DNA of 32,000 nucleotides from an uncultured archaeon. Its GTDB lineage: Archaea > Iainarchaeota > Iainarchaeia > Iainarchaeales > Iainarchaeaceae. Positions 1-10,100 of this stretch are shown piece after piece. The stretch spans positions 2,979 through 34,978 of the forward strand of contig CAZNZM010000006.1 in the NCBI GenBank assembly GCA_964577555.1. Reading direction: 5' to 3'. The position numbers were made by a program, and so were the translations under genes. The first letter of the stretch is position 1; each line of letters begins with the position of its first letter. Below the pieces are notes generated by a model. It saw only the letters and a list, made by a program, of their open reading frames with translations. It made no database searches and was not told the origin of the DNA.

Positions 1-625
1 AATAGTTTTTTTTTAAGTCATTTTTTTTGTTTTTTTTGAGCCATTTTTTTTGACAATTTTTTTTAATTTTTTGTTTTGTTTGTTTTTGCAAGCCAAGTTT
101 TTTTTGTAGTCATTTTTTTTGTAATTAATTTTGTTTTTGTCTTTTGTTTTGGCTGGTTGTTTTTTTTGTTTTTTTTTGAATAGTTTTTTTTTAAGTCATT
201 TTTTTTGTTTTTTTTGAGCCATTTTTTTTGACATTTTTTTTAGATTTTTTTTTGAACTTTTTTTTTAATTTTTTTTGGCGAGCCATTTTTTTTGTCGTTG
301 TTTTTTTTGTGAGCTGTTTTTTTGGCGTATTTTTTTGTTTTTTTAGTTGATTTTTTTTTGGCAAACCACTTTTTTTTGTCATTTTTTTTGTTGGTTGTTT
401 TTTTTGTGTTTGTTTTGCGAGCCATTTTTTTTTAGATTTTTTTTGAACTTTTTTTAATTTTTTTTGCGAGCCATTTTTTTTAGACAATTTTTGTTTTTTT
501 TGTTTGGGTTTTGTTTTTTTTGTTAGCCGGTTTTTTTGTATTTTTTTTGTTTTTTTGCGACGATTTTTTTTGTCATTATTTTTTTGTTTTTTTTTTGATT
601 GGAATTTGTTTTTTTCTGCTTCGCG
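1..625 (+). repeat. T-rich low-complexity array of related words (GAGCCAT(T)n, AAGTCAT(T)n, TTTAGACAATTTTTGTTTT), including internal direct repeats
   Basis: Dense T7-T9 runs separated by recurring short words. The segment at about 1-55 (aatag-Tn-aagtca-Tn-g-Tn-gagcca-Tn-gaca) is nearly duplicated at about 179-233. Confidence 0.85.
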
Positions 626-643
626 TTTTTTGAGCCAATAAAC

Positions 644-654
644 TTTATATATAA
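644..654 (+). promoter_or_regulatory. Archaeal TATA box (TTTATATATAA)
   Basis: aactttatatataaatactt lies about 26-36 nt upstream of the ATG at 680, implying a leaderless or near-leaderless transcript. Confidence 0.7.
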
Positions 655-679
655 ATACTTCTTTTTCCATTTTAAAGTC

Positions 680-1240
680 ATGAAAAGTCAAAGTGGGCAG
701 GAATCCGCGGTTTTCGAGTTGTTGATAGCCATAATTGTAATGGGGTTTGTAATACTTATTGGCACAAATGCTCTTGAGACTCTTCAACAAAAAACTTGTG
801 AAGGTACTCTGAGCCAAAACCTTGAAGACATAAGAAGTGCAATAGAAACAGTTGTGAAAACCAAGGGCAAAGCCCAAGTAAGGTATGAACTTCCAAGTTG
901 TTTTAATCAACAAGAAAGTTCTTTGAGGATAATTGAAAGGCAAAGCGCAACTTTTTGCAGTGCTATTTGCGAAGGCACTATGAAAGAATGCACTGTATTG
1001 CAATTTACTTCGCCAGGATACAGCGAATCAAAATGTCTTCATATATCTTCTGCAACAAACTTTCCTGATGGCGAGCCTTGTAATAAGGACTTGCTTCAAG
1101 GAGGAAATTATAAAATTGTGAATTGGCGTTCCAAAGAAGGCATACTCCCTGGAAATTATATTCTTATGAGAGAATCATCTATTTTCCTTAAAAGCCCGGT
1201 TATTTGTGTTTATCAACGCGACTACGGGACGGTGAACTAA
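680..1240 (+). CDS. Class III signal peptide / pilin-like protein
   Basis: MKSQSGQESAVFELLIAIIVMGFVILIG: prepilin-peptidase-like G|QESxxxE motif followed by a hydrophobic helix. The longer ORF start at 599 lies upstream of the TATA box and is disfavoured. Confidence 0.75.
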   Translation: MKSQSGQESAVFELLIAIIVMGFVILIGTNALETLQQKTCEGTLSQNLEDIRSAIETVVKTKGKAQVRYELPSCFNQQESSLRIIERQSATFCSAICEGTMKECTVLQFTSPGYSESKCLHISSATNFPDGEPCNKDLLQGGNYKIVNWRSKEGILPGNYILMRESSIFLKSPVICVYQRDYGTVN

Positions 1241-1905
1241 TGCTTGGTTTCATTCTCAGCAAACTTAATTTGTTGATTTTGGTTACTTCAATATTTGCCA
1301 TAGTTTCATTTTTTGCATTAGGCCTTGGCGATATTACAAAAGTCAAGGAAGCAGGAGAACTTGCCACGAAATCTGTCGAAAAAGCCGCATCCATTGCAAA
1401 CAGCCCGGCTTCATGCGAAAGTTCTTATTTTCCTTTTCCTAGACAACTTAGGACTGCTGGAAGCAACTTCTATTATGTAGTAAAAATATCTAAGGGCGAA
1501 ATACAACGTGAAGGGAATAAAATTAATATTCTAATATTTGCAGTTTATCCGCGCGAAGAGGTCAAGAAAAAGTTTTTGTCATCATCTTATGTTCCAAAAG
1601 CAATTGCTGCTGACAGTTTCAGAACTAATTCAGATATATTTCTTTATGGGCTTGATTATCGCGGTTCTGGTTATATCGGGAATATAAGTGATGGTGTTTT
1701 ATCACCTCCTAACGAAATTTATATTGACCCACAAGCAGAGAACCCTATGAATGCACTGGTTTTGGTTAAAGAAGTTCAAGACGGCAAGAAAAAGTTTCAT
1801 GTTATTGGCTGTGAAGGAACAAGTTGTAACGCATACAAAACCCAAATAGGCAGTTTGGTTCATCCTGGAACTTCATTAAATCCTGAAGGTGGTTTTTTAT
1901 GCTGA
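1240..1905 (+). CDS. Secreted/membrane-anchored protein of the pilin-like cluster
   Basis: MLGFILSKLNLLILVTSIFAIVSFFALGLGD N-terminal TM. The start overlaps the upstream stop (TAATG), so the 1204 start of the ORF track is probably too long. Confidence 0.75.
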   Translation: MLGFILSKLNLLILVTSIFAIVSFFALGLGDITKVKEAGELATKSVEKAASIANSPASCESSYFPFPRQLRTAGSNFYYVVKISKGEIQREGNKINILIFAVYPREEVKKKFLSSSYVPKAIAADSFRTNSDIFLYGLDYRGSGYIGNISDGVLSPPNEIYIDPQAENPMNALVLVKEVQDGKKKFHVIGCEGTSCNAYKTQIGSLVHPGTSLNPEGGFLC

Positions 1906-2405
1906 ACAAAGGATTCATAGGCCCGGTTGGCGACGACATGCCTTCTCTTACGCCGTTGATTTTTGGCTTGCTCATGTTTTTTGGAGCCTTTACAACAGCT
2001 TTTACTTCGTTCAACCAAAGAAACTCGGATTTTTCTTCAGACATAGAAGTTCTGAAAATATCGAAACAATTGGAGTCAAATGGATATATTTACAGTTATG
2101 AAAACTTTCAGGATTTATGCAATCAAATAAATTCAACTAATATAAAATTCATGGCCGCCATAACTTCAGAAGCATTTGAAAGATCGAACAAAAGTACTAT
2201 TTTTGAAATAGTTTTTTATGGTACACCCAACAAATTCTATTGTACAAATTTTGAATCAGCAACACCAAATCCTGAACAATTCAAAGACATAATTGATATT
2301 CCAAATCTTTCTCAAAAAAAAGTGGTTTCAAGAGTAATTCCAATTGTTGTAGAGGATAACAAAATAGCTAAACCAATGCATTTGATGGTGATAGCGTGGA
2401 AATAA
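1899..2405 (+). CDS. Small secreted/membrane protein of the pilin-like cluster
   Basis: ORF overlapping the previous gene by 7 nt; single N-terminal hydrophobic helix (LTPLIFGLLMFFGAFTTAF). Confidence 0.75.
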   Translation: MLNKGFIGPVGDDMPSLTPLIFGLLMFFGAFTTAFTSFNQRNSDFSSDIEVLKISKQLESNGYIYSYENFQDLCNQINSTNIKFMAAITSEAFERSNKSTIFEIVFYGTPNKFYCTNFESATPNPEQFKDIIDIPNLSQKKVVSRVIPIVVEDNKIAKPMHLMVIAWK

Positions 2406-3220
2406 AAAAAACAAACCAAAAAGGCCAAGCAGCGGTAACAGACGCTCTTTACTTTTTGATGATTGTTACTTTCCTTTCAATTTTTCTTTTCGGCTTCGGC
2501 AACACTTATGGAAATTCTGTAAGGTCTGGAATATCTGATGAAGCTGACACTTCGTTTGTAACCAATGCACTAAAATCCATACTTTATAGTTCCACTCCTA
2601 GAGATACAAAACAATCAATATCAGATCCAAACGTTGAAATAGATTCGTTGCTTGCATTAATAAAAGAGGATTATGCGGATGATGAAACCATAGGCTCGGA
2701 AGAGCGCGAAGTTTTCGCAAAAACAATTTCTTCAATAATGTCTCCAGTTCAAGATACAAAGGATTACATATTGACACTTTCAATACCTCCAGAATCGGGC
2801 AGAAGTTCAAAATACATATTCGTTTTCATTCATACTACAAATTTTTTGCGTGAAAGAGCATTTGACAAATATGGAAAGCTTCTTCCAAAAAGTTTTGCAT
2901 ACTATAAGCCGGATGAAGCCAAACCACACATTGATTATTTTTGCGGCTTGAATAATTCTGACTTTGCCCAAATCCATAATAACATAAAAAAATTGGTTGC
3001 TAATGTTGGACCTACTTCTCAAGCATCAGCATCAATAAAAATGATAAAACACGCTACTTTTTTGGAAAAATACAACGCCCAAATAGACCTTATAGTGTGG
3101 GATGCAACATGGCTTGGAAAAACAGACGACGTGGCTGACGGAATTTTATACGATTCTGACCCAAAATCACCTTATGCTGATTGGGGTTGTTTAGAAGCAG
3201 GGACGACAAAACTTCCATGA
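2396..3220 (+). CDS. Class III signal peptide-like (pseudo)pilin protein
   Basis: GTG start overlapping the upstream stop; MEIKKTNQKGQAAVTDALYFLMIVTFLSIFLFG with a KG|Q motif before the hydrophobic segment. Confidence 0.75.
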   Translation: MEIKKTNQKGQAAVTDALYFLMIVTFLSIFLFGFGNTYGNSVRSGISDEADTSFVTNALKSILYSSTPRDTKQSISDPNVEIDSLLALIKEDYADDETIGSEEREVFAKTISSIMSPVQDTKDYILTLSIPPESGRSSKYIFVFIHTTNFLRERAFDKYGKLLPKSFAYYKPDEAKPHIDYFCGLNNSDFAQIHNNIKKLVANVGPTSQASASIKMIKHATFLEKYNAQIDLIVWDATWLGKTDDVADGILYDSDPKSPYADWGCLEAGTTKLP

Positions 3221-3254
3221 TGTTAAACCATTGATTTTGAAACAGTATTTTTTT

Positions 3255-3610
3255 TATAAGCTGTTTTTTGCGGCATTTTTTTAGACATTTTTTTTGTTTG
3301 TCTTTAGTTTTGTTTGGCTTTTTTGTTTTTTTGTTTGTTTTTTTTGAATTATTTTTTTGCTTGGTATTTTTTTGTTTGAAACTTTGTTTTTTTTGTGAGC
3401 CGTTTTTTTTATTATTGTTTTTTTTGTGAGTTGATTTTTTTTATTTTTTTAATTTAACTTGTTTTTTTTGAGCAGTTTTTTTTAGTTTTGTTTTTTTGTT
3501 TTTATTTGTTTTTTTTGGCAAATCTGTTTTTTTTGCCACCTATTTTTTTTAATTGAAATTTGTTTTTTTTTGCGAAAAAATTTTTCGAATTGTGATTTTT
3601 GTTTATTTTG
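3255..3610 (+). repeat. T-rich intergenic array, same family as 1-625
   Basis: tttttttagacattttttttgtttg, tttgtgagccgtttttttt, tttttttgagcagtttttttt. Confidence 0.75.
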
Positions 3611-3625
3611 CAGTTTTTTTGTTTT

Positions 3626-4366
3626 TTACCTGTTTTTCCTTTTTCTGAATTCTGCTCCGCATTTCGGGCAAGTGTATTTCAAAGATTCCGCTTGGACTTC
3701 AACAGATTTTGCGCAATGGTCGCAGAAAGCTTCCCCGCATTTAGGACAATAAATGAGTTCTTCTGACTTGTTTCCACATCTCGGGCAAACATTGAGGCCT
3801 GTTTCTATTTCCTTGTCAACCATGTCAAATTCATCTTCTGACAAATTGTCTTCAAGCGATGAAAGTTCGTCTATCTCTGCCAGTTTTTGTAAATTTTCAT
3901 TGTCCGTATCAATATGTTCTATTTCTTGTGATTGTTCAACTTCTAAATCATCTTCAAAATTATCTTCATTTTGAATGTTTTCAATTTTTTCTTCGTCTTC
4001 AGTTTGTTCCAAAACTTTTTCTTTTTGTTTTTCTTGCCAATCCTTTTCATCTTTCTTTTTTTTTCTTTCTTCCTTTCTTTTTTCAAGCAAATTTTCTTTG
4101 GCTTCCGGCTTTTCAAACCCGCCTAAGTCTATATCATCTTCAAACTCGTTTTTTTCTTCTTTGTCGTTTTCGAATTCCTTTTTCAACAATTCATATACAT
4201 TTTCAGCCATTTTGTTTATCTCATCTTTATTTGGATATCTGTTGTTTTGTTTTACGAATTCGTCAACTTTGTTTATTGCTATTTGTGTGCTTCGTTCTTT
4301 AATTTCAGTTTCGCTTGGTTTTTTTCTATAGAATCTTTGCAGTCTTCTAGGTATATCTTCCGTCAT
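3626..4366 (-). CDS. Acidic coiled-coil-like protein with C-terminal zinc ribbon/RING-like CxxC pairs
   Basis: NVCPRCGNKSEELIYCPKCGEAFCDHCAKSVEVQAESLKYTCPKCGAEF; start overlaps upstream stop by 4 nt (ATGA). Confidence 0.85.
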   Translation of the reverse strand: MTEDIPRRLQRFYRKKPSETEIKERSTQIAINKVDEFVKQNNRYPNKDEINKMAENVYELLKKEFENDKEEKNEFEDDIDLGGFEKPEAKENLLEKRKEERKKKKDEKDWQEKQKEKVLEQTEDEEKIENIQNEDNFEDDLEVEQSQEIEHIDTDNENLQKLAEIDELSSLEDNLSEDEFDMVDKEIETGLNVCPRCGNKSEELIYCPKCGEAFCDHCAKSVEVQAESLKYTCPKCGAEFRKRKNR

Positions 4367-6084
4367 TTTGAAGTCACGCTCTCCTGAAGTATTTTTTTCA
4401 ATAGCATTGCGGATTTTGGCATTACTTTATAAGCTTCAATATTTTGCTTTTTCTGTTTTAGCTCTTTTGTTCCAAGTTTTTCCCTGAGGCTTTCAATGAT
4501 AAATCTTTTTGAATCGTTTATTTCTTCTTCTATTTTATCTTTTGTTTTGATTTGTTTTGATTCTTCAGCCTTCTTTTTTTCAATTTCTATCATTATTTTG
4601 TCAATTTGTTTAGTGTCTTTTTTCATGATTTCTGATGTTTCTATTTGTTTTCCAAGAGATTTCAACTGGTTTTCCTTCTCCTGAACTTGCTTTGTTTCTT
4701 CAACTTTTGAAGTATTTTGAATAATTTTCTTGAGTTCCATTATTTTTCCCAATTTTTGCGGCTCTATTTCAATTTTGTCAATTCTGGTATTTTCTTTTTT
4801 TTGTTCTAATTTTGTTGTCTTTTTAACAGGTTGCTCTGTTTTACTGGCTTCGATTTTTAAGTTTTTGGCTGGCTCTTCGCTTTTTGTTGTTTTTGTTACT
4901 TCTTTGATTATGTTTTTTTCTGAATCTGGTTTTTCAGTGTTTTTTGCGGGTTCTTGTATTTTTGTTTTATCAATTGTTTCTTGTTGTATTGGTTTTTTTG
5001 AAATCATTTCGAAAAATTCTTTTAGAATTCCTTTGTTAGGCTTTTTTTCTTCTTTTGGTTTTGCAATTTCAGCTAATTTTTCGGTTTCTTTTTTTTGTTC
5101 TTGAATGTTTTGTGTTTTGGCAGTGGTTTGTAAAATAGCTTCTTTTGTTTCTTCAAGTTTTTTTGAAAACAAATTGGTTTCTTTGGTTGCTTCTTTAACT
5201 TTTATTATGTTTAATTCCTTTTCTTTTTTTGTTTCTGGTTTCAAGATTTTTGGTTGATTAAGTTCAATTTTTTCGTTTTGTTTTGTTGCATTTTGGCTCG
5301 GTGTTTTTTGTGTTGTTTGTTTAATTTCGTTTTTTGTTTTTTCTTGGGTTTTTGTTGGTTGTATTTTAGGTTCTTCTTTTGGAGATTGTTTTTCTGTTGT
5401 TATTAATATTTGTTCTTGCTGATTTTTAGGTTTTTTTTCAATTTCTAGTATTGGTTTTTCCATGTTTTTTTGTGGTTTGTTTATTATTGGTTTTGTATTT
5501 TCTTTGATTTTTTTCTTGAGGCTTTCTGTAAGTTCTTCAGGCATTTCCGGTTTCGTTTCTGCAAGTGTTTCAAATGTTTCAACTTCTATTTGGTTTTCGG
5601 TTTGGTTTGACAGTTGCGCTGGGTTTACTGGTGTTTTTATGCCTTCAATCAATATGTCTTTTATGTAATCTTCTTCAGGTATTTTTTCCATTGCTTTTTT
5701 GACAATAAGGTTTGCGACTAATGCTCTTTTTGGCACTGAAACTATTACCTTGTTTTTTCCGAAGTATTTTCTTTTGATGGAAAAAATTATAGTGCCAGTG
5801 GCAATAGTGCATATTGGCGCTATAAAAAGCATTTCCATGAAAGTTATGTTGTTTGGAAAAGTCAGTGTTACTGCTGTTGCTACGGCTATGGTGGAAATTG
5901 TGAATCCTGCTCCGCTTATTATTCCCCACCCTGTTTTAGTTTCTGTTTCCAATTTGCGTATTTTTGGCCAGCCGGAGCGCAAAAAAAGGTAGCCGACGCT
6001 TTGTCCTCCGATAAGGACATATGCTGCTAAACAAGTTTCAATAGCAGTTGTAACAGGTATTGGTATCATGCCTGCACTAAACAT
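4363..6084 (-). CDS. Membrane protein with N-terminal TM helices and a long Lys/Glu/Gln-rich cytoplasmic-like tail
   Basis: 573-aa ORF; three hydrophobic segments in the first ~110 aa followed by ~430 aa of charged low-complexity sequence. Confidence 0.8.
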   Translation of the reverse strand: MFSAGMIPIPVTTAIETCLAAYVLIGGQSVGYLFLRSGWPKIRKLETETKTGWGIISGAGFTISTIAVATAVTLTFPNNITFMEMLFIAPICTIATGTIIFSIKRKYFGKNKVIVSVPKRALVANLIVKKAMEKIPEEDYIKDILIEGIKTPVNPAQLSNQTENQIEVETFETLAETKPEMPEELTESLKKKIKENTKPIINKPQKNMEKPILEIEKKPKNQQEQILITTEKQSPKEEPKIQPTKTQEKTKNEIKQTTQKTPSQNATKQNEKIELNQPKILKPETKKEKELNIIKVKEATKETNLFSKKLEETKEAILQTTAKTQNIQEQKKETEKLAEIAKPKEEKKPNKGILKEFFEMISKKPIQQETIDKTKIQEPAKNTEKPDSEKNIIKEVTKTTKSEEPAKNLKIEASKTEQPVKKTTKLEQKKENTRIDKIEIEPQKLGKIMELKKIIQNTSKVEETKQVQEKENQLKSLGKQIETSEIMKKDTKQIDKIMIEIEKKKAEESKQIKTKDKIEEEINDSKRFIIESLREKLGTKELKQKKQNIEAYKVMPKSAMLLKKILQESVTSK

Positions 6085-6113
6085 ATTTAAAGAACTTAAT
6101 AAATTATTGTCTT

Positions 6114-6653
6114 ATGCCTGTTTCAGTGTTTGAAGTAATATTTGGTTCTATTGTGTCCTTGCTAAAGGGAAGTTTTTTTGTTGCAATTCCTCTTTTTTTC
6201 TTGATTTTGCTTGGTTCGATCATAAGAAAAAAAATTGAGAAAGAACTCAAATGGAATTGGATTTTTAGCGCTTTTTTTACCACTTATTTTATATGTTCAA
6301 TAGGACTTATTTTTGTTTATTTTGTCCCGGTTATAGAATCGCTTCGCGAACAATCGCTTGGCGAAATACCTTCTACTGTTGCCATTTCCTTTGGCACGAT
6401 TGTTTTGGCATTTCTTTATAATGCGTTCAAAGTGTTTTTTTCAGCACTTGTTCTTTCTTTGCTTTTAATGCCGTTGGAACTTGTTGGTCTTTACATGCAT
6501 TCTTTCTTTTTGCAAAAAATGAAAAAAGCTCCGAGAATTTTAGTGTTGGCTCTTACTGTTTATGCAATTTCTATTTTTTCCTCTTTTGTAATTCTTTTTA
6601 TAATCCCTGAATCAGTAGTCGGTTTTATTTACTTGCTTTTTTTCGGTTTTTAG
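6114..6653 (+). CDS. Polytopic membrane protein, unknown function
   Basis: 179 aa with about four hydrophobic helices. Confidence 0.8.
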   Translation: MPVSVFEVIFGSIVSLLKGSFFVAIPLFFLILLGSIIRKKIEKELKWNWIFSAFFTTYFICSIGLIFVYFVPVIESLREQSLGEIPSTVAISFGTIVLAFLYNAFKVFFSALVLSLLLMPLELVGLYMHSFFLQKMKKAPRILVLALTVYAISIFSSFVILFIIPESVVGFIYLLFFGF

Positions 6654-6654
6654 A

Positions 6655-7000
6655 ATTTATTTTTTGCGTTGCTTTTTTTTTAGTTTAAAATAAATACAAA
6701 TTATTTTTTTGTCTTTGGCTTACTTTTTTTTGCGAAAGATTTTTTTTGTTGCTTCTTTTTTTTAGTCGGATTTTGTTTTTTTTGGTGAGCCATTTTTTTA
6801 GACAATTTTTGTTTTTTTTTGTTTGAAGTTTTGTTTTTTTTTCATTTTTTTGTGAGCAGTTTTTTGATGTTTTTTTGTCAGATTTTTTCTTTTTTTTGTT
6901 TTTTTGATTCAGAATTAACTATTTTTTGCGATACGATTATTTTTTTTGTATTTTTTGTCAAAAACTTTTTTGTTGTTTTTTGGTCAATGCAAGAAATGCC
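6655..7000 (+). repeat. T-rich intergenic array, same family as 1-625
   Basis: ggtgagccatttttttagacaatttttg(T)ngtttgaagttttgttttttt closely matches segments near 462 and 22733. Confidence 0.8.
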
Positions 7001-7107
7001 AATAAATTTCCATGCAAACAAATAAATAGCCTGTAAACCAACTATTATTTGTTAAATAATTTTGATTAATTAATGGATTAATTAAATGTTTTTTTTGTCG
7101 TGGTTGC

Positions 7108-10100
7108 ATGAATAGAAAAACTGCATTTTCAATTTTATTCGTTTATTTATTTGTTTTTCCATTAATTGGAGAGCCGGTAATTGCAAATTCTTATAATATG
7201 CCTGGAAAGAATGGCTTTGTTGCACAATTTGCTGAGCCTTCAGAAGTCCCTATTGGCCCTGCTTGTTTTTCAAAGGTTCTTTCACCGCAAGAAGCCCAAA
7301 ATGTTATTGATTTGTTGAAATCAGGTTATACTGGAAAGGAAATCAAAGGCAATACTCTTCCAGATGATGACAGGAAGTCTCTTGATAAAGACAAAATTGT
7401 CGTGCAGGATCCTAATAATGAAGAAAAAGCTGTCAAGGTAAGCGTTCCAAATAAAAAATTCAAGCCGGAAGAAGCCTCGCCTTTTTTGAATAATATTCTA
7501 AAAGGCCCTTTCGCGTTAGGTGTTGTTCTTGAAGATTCTTTGAGAGCAGGAGTGTGCAAAGACCCAGATTTGCCTGCTTGTTCTTTAACCAATAAAAATC
7601 TGAAATACAGGAATTCTGGATCAGGAATTATTGCCGATTTAAAACCCATGAAAGAAGCAATAGGCGAAATATATTCAAAATGGTTCAGCGGCGAAAAAGA
7701 CATAAACGGATTAACCAAAGTTGAAAACGAAGCAATTAGGGAAGCCATGAGGGAAGCCACTGATGAAACCCAAGTAAAAAGCGCGAAAAGGCTTGAAACA
7801 ATATTAATACCAAATTCAATACTTTCCGATTGGTTTGAAGCCAAAATGCAAAAAAATTGCATGAATGATGCTTGTGTTATAAGCACTTATTCATTGTTTG
7901 ACAAATATTTCAATTCATGGATGTCAAGCGAAATGGTAGTATCTACTTTTGGGCCTTCTTTGCTATACCAAACAAGGAAACTTTTTAATTGGACAGGAGC
8001 AAGAGGCTACTTTTCAGGAGTAAGGGAAAAATATCAAGAACTACTTGACCAAATAAGAGTGAAACTTATTCAACCAGAACAGCATCTTTATAAGTCACTT
8101 GTAAAAAAAATAAATACAAAACTTGACAAGTATCCAGGTTGGAGAGACTGGTGGTTAAAAACTATTGGCGGTAATCCTGATGGTACTGGGTATTATATTT
8201 TCAAAACTGAAGCATTTCAACATTGGTGGGGGGAAGTATCAAAATCAGGAGGTTTTTTGTCTCACATTAAGACTTTGGAGCAAAAAGCCGAATTTGTAAG
8301 AATGCTCAAAGACATGCGTGCATTAATGAGGGCTGGTTTGGCTGATGTTAAAGCCGCCAGACAAGAATATGCTAAAGCATATGATGCTGCAAGAAAATCA
8401 GGAATCGAGTATCCATTGCAAGATCCTTTTGTAAGAGAGAAATATTTGAATTATGGGCGTAAGATGATAACTTATATGAATGATTATTATGATGAAGGTT
8501 TGGGTGCTGATTATATAGAATGGATTGCAAGGTATAATTACGTTGCTTTATTTGATAAAGGAGTAAGATTTTATGCTCCTGACGGAAGCAGTGAAATAAT
8601 TGATTTGTTCAGAGACCACAGAAACTTAAGACAAATATTGTTGAAACTAAGAAATGATGGTACTTTCAAAGATTTTGAAAAGTATATTGATAAATATTCA
8701 AGTATTTTTGAAACAAGAGGCGATAACCTTGTGCTTTATACTTTTGACCCTAATCAAATCTCCAGTTCTCAAGGTTTGTCTTGGAGCAATATAAAAGCCG
8801 CGGCTCCTTCAGGGACAAGAAAAAGGGTTTTTATACGTGATGATACTGGAAGGGCTATCCCATATAATTCATCTTCTGCAACTTTCATACAAAACAGGCT
8901 TTCAACCAACGCTCAAGTTCTTGAAGGCAATTGGAAAGAGTATGGTGAATTAAGTCCAATTGACATGATTTCAAGGATTGACAACGCGAGAACAGGCACA
9001 AATGCAAATCTTGCATTTGGAGTTTATAACATAGAACAAATGCTCACCTCATTGAAATCCAGAAATTGGGTTTCAAGAAGATATTGGAATGCATTGGATA
9101 AATTGTTTGCCCAGGAAGAAGAGCTTGTAAGAAGCTATTTTACTTTTAAGGGAGGAGCAAGGCTCACGGCATTGCCATTTGCTTATTGGTGGGCAAAAAA
9201 AGGTTTTGGCGAAGAAGGATTAAGCATGTATATGCTGCCTGATACTTGGCACGATTTGAAGTTTTCAATTGGAGAACATCCAATTTATCACTACGCATAT
9301 ATAGACTTTTTTGCAAACGAAGGTTCTGACCAAGGAGACTTGTTTATTCAGGTTTTGAACAAGCTACCTTGGAAACTTGTGCTTGATGAATTATCAGAAA
9401 AATACAATCCTATAAAAAACCTTTATGATGCTTTGACAAAAAACGAGCTTAGAAGCGAAACCGAAAATTTGGCGTTTTATCTGACAGGCGACGATGAATG
9501 CGTTGATTGTACAATGGTTGTGAAAAGCCAAAACATGAATGATTTTAGGCCATTCTTTTTTGCAGGCAACAGAAAAATAGATTCTTACATAATTGAAGAC
9601 ACTGTTACTGAAAAAGCAAGGAACAAAGGGCAAACATTAATAGCTTTTGCAAGCCACACCAATCTTATAGGAAAAAGCGGCGGCAAAGAAGGCGAACCCA
9701 TAGACCTGGTCAAAACCATTGAAGGAAAAACAAAAGAAAAAACCTGCAAAGAAGCTGTTGAAAACCTTGAATTTGCTGGAGTGAAGTTTGGCAGAATATA
9801 CAATGCAATAACCCCTGATTTCAAAAATAAAAGTTCAGGAATAGGATTTATGTTGGGAGGCTTGGAAAGCATAACTTATGGCGCATTTTTTTGGGCAGGA
9901 ATTTTCAGCACTATTGCAATACAAGTTGCCGTGGCACCACAATTAAGCGGTTGTGTAGATGCTGAACAGGGTTATTACGCGCATTACTTTGCTCCTGTTA
10001 AAGAAACCAAAAACAAACAATCCAATTCGGTTGAAAAGTCAACTGAAAAAGTTTCAAAATTAGTAAAAGACTTCAAAGAAAAATTTGTAGACAGTTTCAA

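Noticed and set aside
1-625. Possible CRISPR-like array from recurring GAGCCATTTTTT words
   Set aside because: No fixed repeat length, no unique spacers, no cas genes; the repeated words are short and embedded in homopolymers.
191-1003. 270-aa and 61-aa Lys/Asn-rich minus-strand ORFs (191-1003, 240-425)
   Set aside because: They are the translation of T-run arrays on the opposite strand (AAA/AAC codons) and overlap the better-supported pilin-like gene; low-complexity artefact.
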